Virus record (IMG/VR): IMGVR_UViG_3300036945_000802
Length of the DNA: 64,000 nucleotides
DNA from: an uncultured virus (IMG/VR IMGVR_UViG_3300036945_000802)
Lineage: Duplodnaviria; Heunggongvirae; Uroviricota; Caudoviricetes
Direction: 5' to 3' (one strand)
Below are positions 37,403 to 47,133 of the stretch, in pieces; the stretch's first letter is position 1; the number at the start of each line of letters is the position of its first letter. A program made the position numbers and the translations under genes. The notes under the pieces were generated by a model. That model saw nothing but the letters and a program-made list of their open reading frames with translations, was not told the origin of the DNA and ran no database searches.

Positions 37403-40400
37403 ATGGCAGAGTTTAAACTAGGTAGACTTAAATTCGTATGGAAAGGTCAGTGGACTGCTTCTGCTACGTATGTAAAAGATGACATCGTGCGTCACGGTGG
37501 TAAATCTTTTGTGTGCGTACAAGGTCACGTTGCTGGTGCTACTCTGTACTCAGATTCTGCCAAATGGGAATTAATGAACGATGGTTTTGCGTGGAAAAAC
37601 GTATACACACCATCAACATATTACAAAGTTAATGACATCGTTGCATACGGTGGTTCATCATATATTTGTACAAATGCTCATACTGCTGGTGCTCTACTAA
37701 ACGAAAGTTACTGGGACGTTTTTGCTAAAGGCGTCGAAGTTGAAGAATCATGGGATTCTGAAGTAGAATACCAATTAGGCGACGTAGTTTCATACGGTGG
37801 TTACACATACTATGCATTAGAAGCTAACTCTGATGTTACTCCTACTTCAGATGTCGCAGTTTGGAGACCATTTGTTGAAGGTATTAACAATCGTGGTGCA
37901 TGGGTAGCTTCTGGTTCTGGTATTCAACCATACAAAACTGGTGACGTAGTACGTTACGGTGGTAATTCATATTTGTGTATTGCTGATGCTACTACTCAAT
38001 TGCCTTCTGATACAGATTATTGGGAATTGTTTACTGAAGGTTTCGCATGGCAACAAAACTGGACTTCAGGAACTGGATATAAGTTAAATGAAGCTGTAAA
38101 ATTTAATGCTTCTACATACATTTGTATTCAAGCTCACACAGCAAGTTCATTGAATTCTCCTGATGTTGACGTAGATCACGATTATTGGGATACATTAGCT
38201 GACGGTTCTGCTGCAGCTGTTGTTACTGTTCAAGGTGACATGGTTTATCGTGATGAATCAGGTGCACAACGTCTTCCAATCGGAGAACTTGGTCCTGAAC
38301 ACGCTGACCATGAAGGTCAATTACATTCAATTCAACCAATTTTAGTTGTTAATCCAGATGGTACAGAACCTGAATGGTCAACAACTGCACACATTGCTGT
38401 TGAAGCTATTCACATTGATAACCACTTATTAGTTGGTAACGATGACACTGAAGCTTCTGCTAGTGCATCTGTGTTTATTGGTGTAGACGCTCAATCATAT
38501 TTAGCTGATGATTCTCAGTTTGCTGGATATGTAGGTTTAACAGACGTAAAATTCTTGTCTGTGACAGACACAGAAGGTTTCGGTCAGATCGCATTTAAGA
38601 ATATTAATAGTGGTGCAGCTGCATCTACTGACTTCATTATGTACACTGATGATGGTGATAATGATTCAGGTTGGATCGATATCGGTATCACATCCTCTGG
38701 TTTTGACATTACTTCAGGTTATGGTATTACTGGTGTTCATGACGGTTATATCTTCATGAATGCACCTGTTAATACTTCAGGTTTAGGTAACTTAGTTATC
38801 GCTACAGGTGAAAACGGTTCAGAAAAAGATATCGTCTTCGTTACAGGTGGTTTCGATCCTACTACTAATACTGACGCTGAGAAGATGCGTATTATTGGTG
38901 AACCACGTGATGGCGCGATGTTTACTGGTGAAATCGCTGGTACAACATTAACTGTTACAGCTGTTAGTATGGGTACTATTTTATCTGACGGCAAACATAC
39001 AATTTATGGTGCAAACGTACTTGATGGTACAGTTGTTACAGCTCAATTATCTGGTGCTGCAGGTTCTACTGGTACTTACACTGTTAGTAAGAAACAGACT
39101 GTTACAAGTGTCTCAATGTCACAAGACTTAGATACTCCTGGCGTTAAGGTCTATATTGAGACAGCTTCGACAAACCCATACACTGGTGGTTTGATGGTTC
39201 GAGGCGGTATTGGTTGTGAAGGTGACGTATGTATTCAAGGTACAATTGAAGCTGGTGGTGGTGCAATCTATCAAGGTGGAGATGGTGCTGTTACAGCTCG
39301 TATGCTAACAGTTGATGATTCAGTTTCTCCTGGTTATGTTGGTCTAACTGATGCATCTGCAGTGTTTACTGGTCATGCTGACTCATTCGTTCAGATGGCA
39401 TTGAAGAACTTTAGTTCTGGTGCTTCTGCTTCTACAGACATGATTGTATATTCATCTAACGGTGATAATGATTCTGGTTGGATGAACGTTGGTATCACAT
39501 CTGAAAACTATAACGATCCAACATTCACAGTTACTGGTCCATCAACTGGTTACATTTTTATGTCTGCTCCAGCAGGAACATCTTCTTCAGGTGACTTATT
39601 AATTGGTACAGACGAAACTGGTACAGATAATGACATCGTATTCTTCACAAACGGTTTCGATGGTGGTAATGAAAAACTACGTATCATTGGTGCACCAAGA
39701 GTTGGCCACCAAGCTGGTGTTGAAATCTATGCTGATACAGAATCTACATCTAATACTACTGGCGCTCTTCGCGTTGATGGCGGTGTTGGTATTGTTGGTA
39801 ACTTAAACGTTGGTGGTAACGTAGCAATTACTGGTACAATTTCTATCGGTGGTTCTGGTTCATCTCTAGAAACAACAACACTTGCTGTTTCTGACCCAAT
39901 GATTCGTATGGGTTCTGGTAACCCAAGTGACTTAATCGACTTAGGTTTCTACGGTACATTCAGTTCAATTGCAACACAGTTAAATGGTGCGATCGATGCA
40001 GTTGTTACAACTCTAACAGTAGACGATACAACTTCATTCCCAGCATCTGGTAATTTAGTTTGCGGCACAGAAGAGATGTCATACACTGGTAAGACATCTA
40101 CAACATTTACTGGTGTTACTCGCGGTGTTAATAGTACTACTGCTGCGACTCACGGCGATAATTCGCCAATCTTCGTAGCTTCATACGCTGGTTTAGTAAG
40201 AGATGCTTCTGACGGTGCATTTAAGTTATTCACTAACTTAGGCACATTAGCACCAACTGCAACAGTTGATTTTGGTTCAGCAACACTTGCTGCGTTATCT
40301 GTAGGTGCAATTACTTCTACTGGTTCTAGCACATTCTCAGGTGATATCGCTGTAAACGGTGGAGATTTAACATCTTCTGCTACAACATTTAACTTCTTAA

Positions 40401-40873
40401 ATTCTACTGTAGAAACATTAAATATCGGTGGTGCTGCAAGCGCTATTGCATTAGGCGCTTCAGGTAGTACACTGACATTAGGTGGTAGTTTAACAGTTGG
40501 TGGTATCACTAGCGTTAAGTCAATCACTGAAGTTATGGATGCCAAAGCTTCTGCCACTGGTACAGTAGCACACGACTTCTCAACAAGTGACGTATTCTAT
40601 CACACTGGTATTTCTGCTAACTTTACAGCAAACATTACTAATGTACCAACAACAGTTGGTAGAATTAGTACTGTAACATTAATCTTAGCACAAGGTGGTA
40701 CAGGTTACTTACCAACTGCAGTTCAAATTGGTGGTACTGGTCAAACTATTAAATGGGCAGGTAACACACAACCTACTCCTCAAGCTAACAAAACAGACGT
40801 TGTTGTATTCACACTAATTAGAACATCGGCTGGCGCTTGGGTAGTTTTAGGCCAAATGTCTTCTTACGGTTAA
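37403..40873 (+). CDS. long tail fibre with N-terminal carbohydrate-binding-like (CBM5/12-type) repeats
   Basis: MAEFKLGR.KF.WKG.W; five W....Y..xDxVxYGG..Y repeats; internal ~125-aa duplication; C-terminal IKW.G..P..DV..F domain. Confidence 0.8.
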   Translation: MAEFKLGRLKFVWKGQWTASATYVKDDIVRHGGKSFVCVQGHVAGATLYSDSAKWELMNDGFAWKNVYTPSTYYKVNDIVAYGGSSYICTNAHTAGALLNESYWDVFAKGVEVEESWDSEVEYQLGDVVSYGGYTYYALEANSDVTPTSDVAVWRPFVEGINNRGAWVASGSGIQPYKTGDVVRYGGNSYLCIADATTQLPSDTDYWELFTEGFAWQQNWTSGTGYKLNEAVKFNASTYICIQAHTASSLNSPDVDVDHDYWDTLADGSAAAVVTVQGDMVYRDESGAQRLPIGELGPEHADHEGQLHSIQPILVVNPDGTEPEWSTTAHIAVEAIHIDNHLLVGNDDTEASASASVFIGVDAQSYLADDSQFAGYVGLTDVKFLSVTDTEGFGQIAFKNINSGAAASTDFIMYTDDGDNDSGWIDIGITSSGFDITSGYGITGVHDGYIFMNAPVNTSGLGNLVIATGENGSEKDIVFVTGGFDPTTNTDAEKMRIIGEPRDGAMFTGEIAGTTLTVTAVSMGTILSDGKHTIYGANVLDGTVVTAQLSGAAGSTGTYTVSKKQTVTSVSMSQDLDTPGVKVYIETASTNPYTGGLMVRGGIGCEGDVCIQGTIEAGGGAIYQGGDGAVTARMLTVDDSVSPGYVGLTDASAVFTGHADSFVQMALKNFSSGASASTDMIVYSSNGDNDSGWMNVGITSENYNDPTFTVTGPSTGYIFMSAPAGTSSSGDLLIGTDETGTDNDIVFFTNGFDGGNEKLRIIGAPRVGHQAGVEIYADTESTSNTTGALRVDGGVGIVGNLNVGGNVAITGTISIGGSGSSLETTTLAVSDPMIRMGSGNPSDLIDLGFYGTFSSIATQLNGAIDAVVTTLTVDDTTSFPASGNLVCGTEEMSYTGKTSTTFTGVTRGVNSTTAATHGDNSPIFVASYAGLVRDASDGAFKLFTNLGTLAPTATVDFGSATLAALSVGAITSTGSSTFSGDIAVNGGDLTSSATTFNFLNSTVETLNIGGAASAIALGASGSTLTLGGSLTVGGITSVKSITEVMDAKASATGTVAHDFSTSDVFYHTGISANFTANITNVPTTVGRISTVTLILAQGGTGYLPTAVQIGGTGQTIKWAGNTQPTPQANKTDVVVFTLIRTSAGAWVVLGQMSSYG

Positions 40874-40886
40874 TAGGTAGTAAAGA

Positions 40887-42524
40887 ATGGCTTTTTTAGG
40901 GTCTACAGGTGGAAACGCGCTAAACACTGGAAGGGGTGGTTTCCACCCTGGTGTTGGGCCTCAAGATAACAACTATCCAGTTTCTGTAAGTACTGGTACA
41001 GAATTGCAATCTCCTGTTAATGGATTGCAATTAAGAATTAATAGTACCCAAGATTTATGGACCACATATGAGAATTTACCAGCAATCTTAACTGGTGTTG
41101 GTAAAGTAACATCAACTGTTATTAACGAAACTGATAGTGGTACATTCACTGTAACACAACCTTGTCGTGTTTGGTTGCTCAGATCACCATCATGGAGCGC
41201 AGTTGACGTTTCAGCATATACTCTATATTCTACTTTAAATAGTATTGGTATTGATGGTGGCAATACATCAATTTATTACCGCGATGTTGATCCAGGTACA
41301 TATCCATACGATAATAATTCTGCGATGTATATCTGGTCGTTCGATAGACCAATTTCAGAAGTAAGTGGTACATTGGGTACAGCTGTAGTAAATGGTGCAG
41401 GTGATACTACTGCTAACGTAAGTTCAACAAGAATTTCTGGACAACGTGGTACTATCGATCCATTCCACAATGGACCAGTAACATATTCCATCTCTGCTGG
41501 TTCACTTCCACCAGGTTTCACACTAAACGCTTCGACAGGTCAAATCACTGGTACATATACTGCATCAGGCATTAACACAGACGGTCAAGTTTATTCATTC
41601 ACTGTTCGTGCTACTGATAATTCTCCTGGTGCTAAATCAACGTCAGATCGTGCATATACAGTCACGCTAAGTGTGCCTTGGTTGTATCGTCAAATCATTA
41701 CGACATTGTATATGGTTGGTGGATATAAAGATTCAACTGCATGGTCCAACGGCAATAGATTCCCAAGATCAACAGAAACATGTACTAACTTAGGTAATGG
41801 TTGTATTGACAACTATAATTATAAGTCTGGTATGTGTAGTGATAATAACGGTTATGTATTTGGAGCTGGTGGTGGTCATAGTACTGCATTAAATACCACA
41901 TCTAAATTTAGTCATAGAACAGAAGTCAAAGCATCTAATCCAGGAGGTCCTGGATTTAACTGCGGGAATACTGCTACAGCATTTGCACCAGATCGTAATA
42001 GATCTTTTACTGTTGGTGAAGGTGTTAGTAACTGCTTTAGATTTACTGCTTCAACTGAAGCATTCGCTACACTTGGCGGTGGACAAGCCGGAAATGCTTG
42101 CCAAGTTTCTGGTGAAAATAAAGGTATATTTTGGGGTGATGCTAATAGATCTATTAACTTTAGCACAGAAGGACAATCTACTATCAGTATGGCTGGTGGA
42201 GCACATGGCCAACAAAAAGGTTTGTCATCTAAATTAAATATTGGTTATGGTGGTAACGAAGGCACATACAATGGTGGATTCAACCATCGTAAAATAAATA
42301 TCACGAACGAAACGTATAATACAATCACAAAAATATTACCAGATTGTGGCGAAGAAAACTATGGAATGTCACAAGATCGTGGTTATGTTTTAGGTGAATA
42401 TAACGGCGCACAAAATAATAATTGCGGAAGACTTATATACGCTACTGATGCTCGTACTGCATTATCGACATCAGTACAAGGCAATGGCGGATCTTCGTCT
42501 GGTCATTGTTTCTGGAGAGATTAA
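40887..42524 (+). CDS. putative receptor-binding/fibre-tip protein, paralog 1 (Ig-like plus repeat domain)
   Basis: YSISAGSLPPGFTLNASTGQITG Ig-like motif; Gly/Asn-rich repeats; ends SSSGHCFWRD. Confidence 0.7.
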   Translation: MAFLGSTGGNALNTGRGGFHPGVGPQDNNYPVSVSTGTELQSPVNGLQLRINSTQDLWTTYENLPAILTGVGKVTSTVINETDSGTFTVTQPCRVWLLRSPSWSAVDVSAYTLYSTLNSIGIDGGNTSIYYRDVDPGTYPYDNNSAMYIWSFDRPISEVSGTLGTAVVNGAGDTTANVSSTRISGQRGTIDPFHNGPVTYSISAGSLPPGFTLNASTGQITGTYTASGINTDGQVYSFTVRATDNSPGAKSTSDRAYTVTLSVPWLYRQIITTLYMVGGYKDSTAWSNGNRFPRSTETCTNLGNGCIDNYNYKSGMCSDNNGYVFGAGGGHSTALNTTSKFSHRTEVKASNPGGPGFNCGNTATAFAPDRNRSFTVGEGVSNCFRFTASTEAFATLGGGQAGNACQVSGENKGIFWGDANRSINFSTEGQSTISMAGGAHGQQKGLSSKLNIGYGGNEGTYNGGFNHRKINITNETYNTITKILPDCGEENYGMSQDRGYVLGEYNGAQNNNCGRLIYATDARTALSTSVQGNGGSSSGHCFWRD

Positions 42525-42527
42525 TAA

Positions 42528-43781
42528 ATGGCATTTAATGGAACAATTGGCGGTAATAGTTTAAACAGTGGTCGTGGTGGATATCATCCAGGTGCCATCG
42601 CTGATACCGCATCCTCTGCAGCATCTGGATCTTTAGGAACAGCAACTGTTAACGGTAGTGGTGAAGATATTGCTAATACCGGTTCTACATCCGTTTCAGG
42701 TCAGCGTCAAGTATTTGATCCTTGGCATAATGGAATTACATATTCCATTTCTTCTGGTGCTCTTCCTCCAGGTTTTTCATTAAATGCATCAACTGGACAA
42801 ATTACTGGTGCATATTCAGCATCTGGAATTAATACTGATGGAACTGTTTATAACTTTACAGTTCGTGCATCTGATAATTCTGCAGGTGCAAAGACTACAT
42901 CTGATCGTTCATATAGTGTAACGCTTTCAGTGCCATGGTTATATCGTCAAATTATTACGACGCTATACATGGCAGGTGGATATAAAGATTCGTCTTTATG
43001 GTCTAACGTTAACCGTTTCCCACGTTCAACTGAAACATGTACTAACTTAGGCGATGGTACTATTGATAATTTCCATTATAAATCTGGAATGTGTGATGAA
43101 AATCGTGGCCACGTTTGGAATGGTAATAGTACGACTACATTCCAATTACGCACTGAAGTAAAAGTAAATGGTGTTGGTGGTTGTGGATTTGCAACTACAA
43201 ATACTGGTACAACATTTGCGCCTGATCGTAATAGGTCATTCACTGTAGGTGAAGGTGTTGGCAATATGTTTAGATTTACTGCAAGTACTAATGCATTCGC
43301 GACGCTTGGTGGTGGTAATGATGGTCATGCTACTGGTGTTTCTGGTGAAAATAAAGGTATTTGGTGGGGTCATGGTGGTACAAACCAAAACAGATCAATC
43401 AACTTCTCAACAGAAGCACAAGCAACAATTAGTATGGCCGGTGGAGCGCATGGTCAACAAAAAGGCATGTCTGCAAAAACTGGATTTGGTTATGGTGGTA
43501 ATGAAGGCACATACGCTGGTGGTTATAACTTCAGAAAAATTAATATTACCAATGAAACATATGGCACAGTTGGTAAAATGTGGGGTAACTGTGGTGAAGA
43601 AAATATGGGTATGTCGCAAGATCGAGGTTACATATTAGGCCAATACGATGATTCTGCTGGTGTAGGACAAAATAATAGATGCGGTAGACACGTTTACGCA
43701 ACTGATGCTGGTGCACAACTTGGTACAACCATACAAGGACACGGTGGAGCTTCTTCAGGTCATGCATTCTGGAGAAACTAA
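42528..43781 (+). CDS. putative receptor-binding/fibre-tip protein, paralog 2
   Basis: Colinear with the previous ORF except for a missing ~130-aa insert; ends ASSGHAFWRN. Confidence 0.7.
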   Translation: MAFNGTIGGNSLNSGRGGYHPGAIADTASSAASGSLGTATVNGSGEDIANTGSTSVSGQRQVFDPWHNGITYSISSGALPPGFSLNASTGQITGAYSASGINTDGTVYNFTVRASDNSAGAKTTSDRSYSVTLSVPWLYRQIITTLYMAGGYKDSSLWSNVNRFPRSTETCTNLGDGTIDNFHYKSGMCDENRGHVWNGNSTTTFQLRTEVKVNGVGGCGFATTNTGTTFAPDRNRSFTVGEGVGNMFRFTASTNAFATLGGGNDGHATGVSGENKGIWWGHGGTNQNRSINFSTEAQATISMAGGAHGQQKGMSAKTGFGYGGNEGTYAGGYNFRKINITNETYGTVGKMWGNCGEENMGMSQDRGYILGQYDDSAGVGQNNRCGRHVYATDAGAQLGTTIQGHGGASSGHAFWRN

Positions 43782-43787
43782 TAAATA
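43780..43787 (+). promoter_or_regulatory. late-promoter-like element (AATAAATA)
   Basis: 7/8 match, overlapping the stop of paralog 2 and ahead of the second enzyme cassette. Confidence 0.45.
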
Positions 43788-43822
43788 GTAATAGTTAAAT
43801 ATTTTTTTGTTAAAGGTAAAAA

Positions 43823-44731
43823 ATGACTGATATCGTAGAGTATGGAAAATATAAGTATGAAAATCACTTCCCTAAAAAGAAGATTTCAACTGATGTTTCT
43901 TTGATCCCAAAAAAATCCCAAGAATTACTCGAGTTTTCTTATAACAACTATTGGAGTACTCCAAAGTTTAAGCTAAAGTGGTTTGTGGGTCAAGCTGAGT
44001 ATACTCCATTCCATATTGTTCGTCAATACCTATTAGAACTTCGTGCACGCGAAGATTCTTTAGAGCTACAAGAATATGAATTGAAAAAAATCGAGATTGA
44101 ATTGAAGATGGCTATTCGAGATCGTGATGCAGCCACTGATGATTTAGTTAAAGAAATGCTAGATTTAGAAGTAAGTAAAAAAACTAATGGTGTGGCATCA
44201 ACTAGAACTCGTGTAAAAGATCTTTATATTGAACGTCAATTTTTCATAGAATTAGTAGAAGAATTTTTAAGTGGTCCTCATGGCAAAACTTCAGATGGTA
44301 GACCATTAACTGAAGTACTTGGTACTGAAGAAGAAGAAAAATACGAACGTGATTATTGGACTGTTCGCTTAGCACGTCAAGCTGCTATGGATCTATGTGC
44401 TTATGGACGTATTGGTTCTGGTAACTTAGATGCTATTATGCAACTTCAACCTGAACAAAGAGAAGAAACTCTTGCATTAGCACATACAGTTAACTTAGCC
44501 GTTGAACAACAACAAGTTAATATAAGACAAGAAGCTGCAAAAGCATTGCAGTTAACGAATGATGGTAAATTAAATTATATTGGTTCATTAGATCCACAAT
44601 TAATTAATAATGCTATTAATGCAGATTTAGAATTGATTAATGCAGCAAGTGCAAAATTAAATTTAAACAACAATCCTTCTATTCCTGAACCAACTTTGCC
44701 AAAAGAATTCAATGAAATTTATAACGTTTGA
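43823..44731 (+). CDS. hypothetical coiled-coil protein
   Basis: TP...RQYLLEL, coiled coil, YW..RLARQAAMD...GRIGSGNLDAI. Confidence 0.7.
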   Translation: MTDIVEYGKYKYENHFPKKKISTDVSLIPKKSQELLEFSYNNYWSTPKFKLKWFVGQAEYTPFHIVRQYLLELRAREDSLELQEYELKKIEIELKMAIRDRDAATDDLVKEMLDLEVSKKTNGVASTRTRVKDLYIERQFFIELVEEFLSGPHGKTSDGRPLTEVLGTEEEEKYERDYWTVRLARQAAMDLCAYGRIGSGNLDAIMQLQPEQREETLALAHTVNLAVEQQQVNIRQEAAKALQLTNDGKLNYIGSLDPQLINNAINADLELINAASAKLNLNNNPSIPEPTLPKEFNEIYNV

Positions 44732-45428
44732 GAAAAGCGAATATGAAATAGGTCTATTAAAGCAATTCAATTATAGACCTTTAACTAGTTTTTGGATATA
44801 TGATGTGTATCAAATTGAAGAGGATATAAGTCTTTTTCCAAAAGAATTGCAAGATACGTTAATTGAAATCCCAGAAAGTATTGCTAAAGGATCTATATTC
44901 TCACACATAGATTTAAATCAACGAAATACTATGAACGTGAAGGTAGAACAATTCGCGTTTGAAAGCGTAAAAGATTCTCTTAAAATACCAAAGAATAAGA
45001 AGTTAAATCCTAGAGATAAATTTACTTATACTATAACAGGGGAAGATGAAAAGAACTCCGTTGAATTTATAAAAACGGTTTTACTAGATTATTTGCAAAA
45101 GCATTATAACTCTCTTTCTGAAGGTAACAAAGTACGCTATCGCAAAAAGATTGATGGTATAAAAACTGCGATACAAGAATGCAAAACTAATTATGATTGT
45201 CATGTAATTATGCACAATCATTTTAATTATCCGTTATTAGTAGTAAAAGATAAACTTGGAACTTCTTTGCCTGGTGCAAGATGGAATTTATCAACTCCAT
45301 CTAAGAAAACTGAAGTTTCGTATTTCACTCCAGAAATGCTTGATACTGGACCTACTATAGATAATATTAGTCCAACAGTATTTGAACTAAAATGGGAAAT
45401 TGGTGAACCAGTATTAGTTAATCTGTAG
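44712..45428 (+). CDS. hypothetical protein
   Basis: 238-aa ORF overlapping the upstream gene by 20 nt. Confidence 0.6.
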   Translation: MKFITFEKSEYEIGLLKQFNYRPLTSFWIYDVYQIEEDISLFPKELQDTLIEIPESIAKGSIFSHIDLNQRNTMNVKVEQFAFESVKDSLKIPKNKKLNPRDKFTYTITGEDEKNSVEFIKTVLLDYLQKHYNSLSEGNKVRYRKKIDGIKTAIQECKTNYDCHVIMHNHFNYPLLVVKDKLGTSLPGARWNLSTPSKKTEVSYFTPEMLDTGPTIDNISPTVFELKWEIGEPVLVNL

Positions 45429-45447
45429 TAGTATATAATTTTATAGG

Positions 45448-47133
45448 ATGAGTAAAGTGACTCCCAAAAAAATCTTCAGTATTCCAATCAATCCTAAACT
45501 TTCTCAAGAAGAGTTTACGGCATTTTACCATTGGCTAGATCAGTATAAAGACTGGATCGCTGATGTGTATTTCACATCTAGAATTAACCCGTTCAATCAA
45601 GACGCAATGGGTGAAGTCATTATGTTTAATCAAGATAAGGTAAATCTTATTGAGACAGCATTAAACATTCAAAAATACCTTGGTATTAAAGCATCAGCTA
45701 CATTTAATAATATCCAAGTACCTCCAACACAAACTAATTTAGATACTTTCATCATTAACTTTAAACCGTTATACGATGCAGGTATTAGAACAGCGACCAT
45801 CCCTCATACACATTGGATGGCAACTGGTCAAATCAAAGCTGCATTCCCAGAGTTATATGTTAAAAATACTATTCTAAGAAATGTAAGACGACCAGCTGAA
45901 GTTGTTGCTTTAGTTAAAGAAGGATTTGATTACATCAATTTAGATCGTGATTTGATGCGTGATAAGGATGCATTAATTAGATTACAAGAAACAAAGAAGT
46001 GGATTAAAACTCACCTAAACAAAGATATTCATTATAGTTTATTGGCTAATGAAGGTTGTTTAGGTGAATGTCATATGATGGATGAACACTTTGAATATAA
46101 TAATTCAAGGAATGATAAAGATGCATCATATTTTAATTCACCTATTAGTAGAGTTAGTTGCCCAAAATGGGATGTAGAAGATCCAGCAGTATATTTAAAA
46201 ACTGCGAACTTCTCTCCATGGAAAGCAGATTGGGATGAATACTTACAATTAGGTATTGATGTATTTAAAATGCATGGTCGTGAAAGCATTCAACGACTAG
46301 GCGAGACTATGCGTAAAGTAGAACGTTACGTTGCTGGTAATGAAATATTAGATGATAACTTCGAAGACTTTATTGGTAAAGCACAGTTAACTGGAAAACC
46401 AATTAAAATTTGGCGTGACAAGATTCGTAACTGTAAATTCGATTGTTGGGAATGTCAGTACTGTGATAAGATCGAAGAGAAAAAAGATGAGTACGATTAC
46501 ACAGCAGTTACAAAACATGTAGTAGATTCTATTGCTAAGAGTGGAATTCCTAAAGTTAATATTAATATTAGCGGATTAACGAGTGCGCGTGTTCAAACAC
46601 TATTAAATTCTTTAGCTTCTCAGTGTGGTTCTTATTTGGAAGTAGGTTCATATTTAGGTGCAACTGCTGCCGCAGTATTACATAACAATCCAATTAATGC
46701 ATATTTTGTGGATAAGTGGGAAGAACAAATTCAACCTGCGCGTGAAGACATACAAACTGAAGCAAATGATTATAATCAATTTGTAGAAAATATTAAACCA
46801 TATATTGGCAACTCTAATGTTAAAGTTTTAAAAGGTGACATGTTGAGTATTGATTTATTCCAAATAGATCATACGATTGATATGTTTATGTACGATGGTC
46901 CGCATGATGTTAAATCTACTGCTGATGCATTAAAATATTACTGGCCTAAATTATCTAAAGATTGTATTTTAATATTTGATGATGCCAATTGGGAAACTGT
47001 AGTGCAAGGAGCAAGAGAAGCGTTGCAAGATATGGATGCTCATGTGGTATATGAAAAACTTATTCTAAATTCAGAGGAAAATCCTCGTGAATGGTGGAAC
47101 GGGTTATATATTTTGGTTATTAGAAAAACATGA
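45448..47133 (+). CDS. U32-family Fe-S protein fused to a class I SAM methyltransferase
   Basis: INLDRD, LLANEGCLGEC...H...SC, FKMHGRE and CxxxCxxCxxC; C-terminal YLEVGSYLGAT, MYDGPH, IFDD. Confidence 0.75.
   Translation: MSKVTPKKIFSIPINPKLSQEEFTAFYHWLDQYKDWIADVYFTSRINPFNQDAMGEVIMFNQDKVNLIETALNIQKYLGIKASATFNNIQVPPTQTNLDTFIINFKPLYDAGIRTATIPHTHWMATGQIKAAFPELYVKNTILRNVRRPAEVVALVKEGFDYINLDRDLMRDKDALIRLQETKKWIKTHLNKDIHYSLLANEGCLGECHMMDEHFEYNNSRNDKDASYFNSPISRVSCPKWDVEDPAVYLKTANFSPWKADWDEYLQLGIDVFKMHGRESIQRLGETMRKVERYVAGNEILDDNFEDFIGKAQLTGKPIKIWRDKIRNCKFDCWECQYCDKIEEKKDEYDYTAVTKHVVDSIAKSGIPKVNINISGLTSARVQTLLNSLASQCGSYLEVGSYLGATAAAVLHNNPINAYFVDKWEEQIQPAREDIQTEANDYNQFVENIKPYIGNSNVKVLKGDMLSIDLFQIDHTIDMFMYDGPHDVKSTADALKYYWPKLSKDCILIFDDANWETVVQGAREALQDMDAHVVYEKLILNSEENPREWWNGLYILVIRKT

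Noticed and set aside
40887..43781. Diversity-generating retroelement TR/VR pair
   Set aside because: Both copies are full ORFs, differences are not adenine-specific and include indels, and no reverse transcriptase is present in the window.
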